Made by a program: the position numbers and the translations under genes. DNA of 63,933 bases, counting the filler, from Aduncisulcus paluster (taxonomy: Eukaryota), in the NCBI GenBank assembly GCA_024181965.1. It is 36 parts of 36 records of this genome, joined end to end, with 100 filler letters (N's around TTAATTAATTAA, not from the genome) between each part and the next. Parts side by side here need not be neighbours in the genome. Positions count along the whole stretch, not along the records: positions 62,804 to 63,933 come from BQXS01000911.1; 35 more parts are not named here. The stretch is one strand, 5' to 3'. Positions 62,870 through 63,933 of this stretch are shown piece after piece. Position 1 is the stretch's first letter, and each line of letters opens with the position of its first letter. The notes beneath the pieces are model-generated. The model did not search any database. It had not been told where the DNA came from and worked only from the letters and a program-made list of their open reading frames with translations.

Positions 62870-63780
62870 AAATTTTGATTTTCCTGTGTAAAATTTTCAC
62901 GAGTTCATTTCTACACCCGAAAATTGAAAATTTTCAAAACTCACTAAAACACCCTTTTTATACCTTTCATCTCACCAAACTCAACATTTTTAATGTAGAA
63001 ATTGTGTTATAAGAGGTTTTAGTGTTTTTCGATTTTCCCGTGTAGAAAAATTGCAAAAAAAAATTTACACCCGAAAATGAAAATTTGGATTTCCCGTGTA
63101 AAAAAATGAAAATTTTTTTCTACACCCAAAAAATGAAATTTTCAAAAAGTCATCAAAACATACGATTTAAACATTTTTAACCATGAAATCCGACATTTCT
63201 GACATGGAAAATGTATTATGGGACATTTTAGTGTTTTTCGATTTTCCCGTGTAGAAAAATTGCAAAAAAAAATTTACACCCGAAAATGAAAATTTGGATT
63301 TCCCGTGTAAAAAAATGAAAATTTTTTTCTACACCCAAAAAATGAAATTTTCAAAAAGTCATCAAAACATACGATTTAAACATTTTTAACCATGAAATCC
63401 GACATTTCTGACATGGAAAATGTATTATGGGACATTTTAGTGTTTTTCGATTTTCCCGTGTAGAAAAGTTGAAAAAAATTTTTTACACCCAGAAATGAAA
63501 ATTTGGTTTTCCTGTGTAAGATTTTTAATTTATTTTTTCTACACACAAAAAATGAAATTTTCAAAAAGTCATCAAAACACATGATTTAAACATTTTTAAC
63601 CCTGAAATCCGACATTTTGAGGATAGAAATTGTATTATGAGGGGGGATATTTTTTTTTCAATTTTCGGGTGTAAAAATTTTCACGCGATCAATTTTACAG
63701 TGTAAAATGAAAATTTTTTCAAAGTCACTGAAACCCATCATTAATACCCTTTCACTCATTATTCTCAACATTTCAAGGGT
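62870..63780. repeat. 209-210-bp AT-tract satellite, ~4 units
   Basis: CATTTTTAA ends at 63180, 63389 and 63599; reverse complement of 15743-16330. Confidence 0.93.
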
Positions 63781-63933
63781 AAAAACAGCACGCCAAGGTG
63801 TTTTTGAAAATTTCGATTTTACAGTGAAATTATTTTTCACATGATCATCATTTACAGTGTAAAAATTACATGTTTCAAAAACAGCAATAAAATGCCTATA
63901 AACTTGAATACTCGATAAATTTCGATGTTTATC

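Overview
This is not one locus. It is about 36 short contigs joined by artificial 100-bp linkers (N44-TTAATTAATTAA-N44, a six-frame stop), so adjacency across linkers is meaningless. About two thirds of the contigs look like a microbial eukaryote using the standard code. Its identity as an anaerobic fornicate/metamonad-like protist is my inference. These contigs carry: six divergent Ty3/Gypsy pol fragments; a nested LTR element with a ~100-bp LTR and a palindrome where the PBS should be; a CRE-like non-LTR remnant; two TIR elements; satellites; an ATM/Tel1-like PIKK split by a 311-bp duplication; an LRR protein; an adrenodoxin-type ferredoxin with an intron; an FKBP exon; an expanded orphan family; and bacterial-type genes (Rpn/PDDEXK_2, YwqG). 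The rest are co-cultured bacteria: Campylobacterota (spc operon, rpoC, clpS/clpA, uvrB, dctP, Fic, two-component genes), Bacteroidota (GH20, lgt), a Desulfovibrio-like hybrid kinase and a Firmicute-like cadherin-repeat protein. The best novelty candidates are the palindrome-primed mini-LTR retrotransposon, the TGT..ACA TIR element carrying an orphan ORF, the 21/42-bp-phased hairpin arrays in two Bacteroidota contigs, a MITE with a tRNA-like core, AUU-initiated signalling genes and a recurrent MEF2-like CTATTTTTAG motif.
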